A stretch of 64,000 nt of DNA, from positions 930,001 through 994,000 of the forward strand of contig CDROCS010000506.1 in NCBI GenBank assembly GCA_977020255.1, read 5' to 3'. The stretch's first letter is position 1, and each line of letters begins with the position of its first letter. The translations under genes were made by a program, and so were the position numbers. The stretch comes from Obrimoposthia wandeli (lineage: Eukaryota). Positions 61,397-64,000 of this stretch are shown one piece after another. The notes under the pieces were generated by a model. The model worked only from the letters and a program-made list of their open reading frames with translations, was not told the DNA's origin and did no database searches.

Positions 61397-62809
61397 TTAT
61401 AACCAATTCAATTTTTCGAACATATCACCAACACGGTTTAATTCTGCATCCAAACTCAAGGCATGATCATCCGCTTCACCAACCCAGCCTAAATTACCTA
61501 GAAACTGATTAATAAAGCCTTTGTTATCAAATAATCCATGTAAATAACAACCATAGACATTACCTTGCTGCCAGCCTAAATCGGCTTCAATAAAACTTTT
61601 ACAGCGCGCTGTTTTAGTCTCGTCATTGTGATTACATATGCTGGTTTTACCATGATGTATTTCATAACCGGATAACTTAAAACCTTGCCAATCAATATCA
61701 CGTTGTTTGGTGGTTTTAGTCTGGGCATGCGCCGTTACTATGGGTAATAGCCCTAAGCCTTGTTCGTCACCACCTTCGATATGGTGCGGGTCAAGGATCT
61801 GCTCACCAAGCAACTGCATACCGCCACAAATACCTAAGATTGGCTGACCACGTTGCGCGGCCTTGCTGATCTCGTTGGCTAATCCCGATTCTCGTAGATG
61901 TAATAAGCTCGCCGCAGTATTTTTGCTGCCGGGTAATATAATAGCGTCAAATTCAGCTAATGATTGACCCTCTCGCAGTGGTACAACACTGACGTTATCT
62001 TGATGGATCAAGTTATCAAATTCATCCATATTCGCAGCATAAGGATACGCGATTAGAGCGATATTAATCTGACCACTTTTAAATTCAGCACGGTGATGCA
62101 AGGTATCTTCTTCTGGCAAACGGTGTGGGAAATAATGAATATTAGCCACTGTCGGTACACCCGTCTTATCTTCCAGCCACTCCATTGCATTACCCAGCAG
62201 TAATGGATCGCCACGGAATTTATTTAACACAAAACCTTTAATCAGCTTTTGTTCTGCCTCGGCAAGACACATAAACGTACCAAGCAGATGGGCAAAAGCC
62301 CCACCCTTATCAATATCGGCAACCAAATAAACATCGGCATTACACGCCAAGGCCACACTCATATTAACAATATCACTGGCACGTAAGTTTACTTCCGCCG
62401 GACTGCCCGCCCCTTCAATAACAATCTGTTGAAAATCTTGCTGTAAATCACCCAGTGCTCTTTCAACATGCTCAAAAAGATGCGACTTGCGTTCCATCCA
62501 CGGAATGTTACTTAGCTCAGGCGCAGGTTTACCATTAAGGATCAGTTGGCTTTGAGTATCGGCATTGGGTTTGAGTAACACTGGATTCATGCGTACATCA
62601 GGTTGTACTTTCGCAGCAATTGCTTGTAAGTATTGCGCACGGCCAATTTCAGCACCTTGCGCAGTGACAGCGGCATTATTACTCATATTCTGTGCTTTAA
62701 AAGGGGCGACGCTGACACCACGATTAGCAAACATACGGCATAATCCGGCGACAACGAAACTTTTACCGGCGTCGCTAGTACACCCCATTATCATGATTGG
62801 CTTTGTCAT
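61397..62809 (-). CDS. cobQ: Cobyric acid synthase
   Basis: GCTSDAGKS, PFKAQNMS, MNPVLLKP, IEGAGSPAEVNL, GICGG.Q.LG, YLHG.F. Confidence 0.95.
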   Translation of the reverse strand: MTKPIMIMGCTSDAGKSFVVAGLCRMFANRGVSVAPFKAQNMSNNAAVTAQGAEIGRAQYLQAIAAKVQPDVRMNPVLLKPNADTQSQLILNGKPAPELSNIPWMERKSHLFEHVERALGDLQQDFQQIVIEGAGSPAEVNLRASDIVNMSVALACNADVYLVADIDKGGAFAHLLGTFMCLAEAEQKLIKGFVLNKFRGDPLLLGNAMEWLEDKTGVPTVANIHYFPHRLPEEDTLHHRAEFKSGQINIALIAYPYAANMDEFDNLIHQDNVSVVPLREGQSLAEFDAIILPGSKNTAASLLHLRESGLANEISKAAQRGQPILGICGGMQLLGEQILDPHHIEGGDEQGLGLLPIVTAHAQTKTTKQRDIDWQGFKLSGYEIHHGKTSICNHNDETKTARCKSFIEADLGWQQGNVYGCYLHGLFDNKGFINQFLGNLGWVGEADDHALSLDAELNRVGDMFEKLNWL

Positions 62810-62844
62810 TTTATCTTCTTGAGTTAAATATTAAGTGTAAGTGG

Positions 62845-63552
62845 TTACTGAAAAGTAAGATCGGTGAGTTTTAAATACGATTTACGGACGCCATGCTTAT
62901 ACACTTCAACTTGCGCCAGCTGGTAATCTAATTTCGGTATAAACCAATAATAAGTCGCACGATTTTTCTTCTTTTTAACTTCTTTGACTTTAATCGCCAT
63001 CATGTCGCCGTATATCGTATTGATCGTTTCTTCTTGTACAACTTCAAATGCAATGGTTTCTAGTTTTTTTTCAAATACCCATTCGTAACTGAATGCAGTT
63101 TTGCCTAACTTAAGGTCATTTTGCACGACAATAGTCATGGCCCCTACATCCATCACATCCGGCTTTGATTTTATTTCGACATGACCATCTTTAAGGTCCA
63201 TTAAAATATCGCCATTATCCTCAAAAGAAGCTGATGACACATCGCCAAAACCCATTACCGATGTTTCATGTTCGTAACGGTCAGTCGTTAGTACGTTATC
63301 TTTAAAATCAAACCACGAATTATTGGTATAATCACCAGTGCCAAATAATACGCTTGCTTGCGTGGTCAGTTTGTAGCTATCACCATTTAAACGGCGCAAT
63401 GTACGTTCGCCACTACCAAATCTGACATCTTTGTAATACACCGCATACTTCGCTTGGAAAGGATAGATTTTAGCTTGGGCTGCAGATATGGTCATAGCAT
63501 AAGTCCCTATACTCAATATGATCATGTAAACAAATTTGGTTAATATCTTCAT
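62845..63552 (-). CDS. DUF3108-like secreted beta-rich protein
   Basis: Signal peptide, F.A.Y..Y, E.I.T.YG...A.KV, YWF.P.LDY; GAGGGAG RBS before ATG 63552. Confidence 0.65.
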   Translation of the reverse strand: MKILTKFVYMIILSIGTYAMTISAAQAKIYPFQAKYAVYYKDVRFGSGERTLRRLNGDSYKLTTQASVLFGTGDYTNNSWFDFKDNVLTTDRYEHETSVMGFGDVSSASFEDNGDILMDLKDGHVEIKSKPDVMDVGAMTIVVQNDLKLGKTAFSYEWVFEKKLETIAFEVVQEETINTIYGDMMAIKVKEVKKKKNRATYYWFIPKLDYQLAQVEVYKHGVRKSYLKLTDLTFQ

Positions 63553-63730
63553 TCTCTGAACTCCCTCAAAGTAGCTCTCATTAGTCAGATGCAAGCCTTG
63601 GCTTTTCTGGTCTATAAGACTTAATAATTTTAGTCTATAAACCTTAATATTTAAGGTCTATCACTACGTTTTTATATCACTACAGCCACGGCGCAGTACT
63701 ATTCTCAACAACTATTATATTTAATAACGC

Positions 63731-64000
63731 TTATTTTTTAGTAATTTGATAGTCGCGTAACTTATTGGCAATCGCGGTATGTGATACCCCTAAACGCTTT
63801 GCCAGTTGGCGCGTACTTGGGTAAGACGGATAAAGACGCTGTAATAACAGTTTCTCAAAGCGCTTGCAGGCCTCATCGAGTGAACCATCAAACAAAGCTT
63901 CATCAACGCTGGTATTTTTAGTCGTGGGTAAGTTTAAATCACATGGATTTAGCACATCACCTTCAAGTAATGTTAGTGCGTGATATAACACATTACGTAA
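63731..64000 (-). CDS. tyrR: Transcriptional regulator TyrR, 3' end (partial, runs off window)
   Basis: LRNVLYHAL..LEG, SLDE...FE..LL..LYPSYPSTRQLAKRLGVSHTAIANKLRDY. Confidence 0.93.
   Translation of the reverse strand, partial: LRNVLYHALTLLEGDVLNPCDLNLPTTKNTSVDEALFDGSLDEACKRFEKLLLQRLYPSYPSTRQLAKRLGVSHTAIANKLRDYQITKK

Noticed and set aside
62810-62844. Cobalamin riboswitch before cobQ
   Set aside because: Intergenic space is about 35 nt, far too short.

Overview
This is a chromosomal, mostly housekeeping window from an AT-rich marine gammaproteobacterium. It is most likely Moritella or a close relative, inferred from gene order, a stand-alone Sfp-type PPTase resembling PfaE, and CTA/CTT-rich Leu usage in the highly expressed gap gene. 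Left to right it contains: a tandem (tRNA-Leu-UAA/tRNA-Cys-GCA)n array; pgsA-uvrC-uvrY; three separately promoted tRNA-Ser(UGA) copies around a double-thioredoxin-fold gene; yccA, tusE, serS-crcB-rarA-lolA-ftsK-lrp; trxB-aat-bpt-infA; two GAPDH paralogues flanking a DUF2989-like gene and a degenerate MalQ; yeaD, ydiJ, a stand-alone NIT sensor, a PEGA/FGE protein, ppsA/ppsR, pabC-HD-ugpQ-PaaI and alaA. An accessory stretch follows at about 41.6-56 kb: a HEPN-motif gene, a nickel-type islet bracketed by a duplicated yfbR 5' end, yfbR, a Zur-boxed metal uptake operon with no ATPase, MocR/TSUP and GATase/AraC. The window ends with a PPTase, msrA, pssA, grxA-pdxH, cobQ and the 3' end of tyrR. I found no integrase, transposase, rRNA or CRISPR array. 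The most interesting signals are (1) an intact MalQ/GH77 homologue whose two catalytic carboxylate positions read Asn and Gln, (2) a 4-kb islet apparently inserted into the 5' end of yfbR, and (3) a LysR gene inside that islet flanked by an inverted 49-bp operator-like repeat shared by an NreB-like exporter and a HupE/UreJ operon. All family assignments come from motif recognition by eye; no database search was run.
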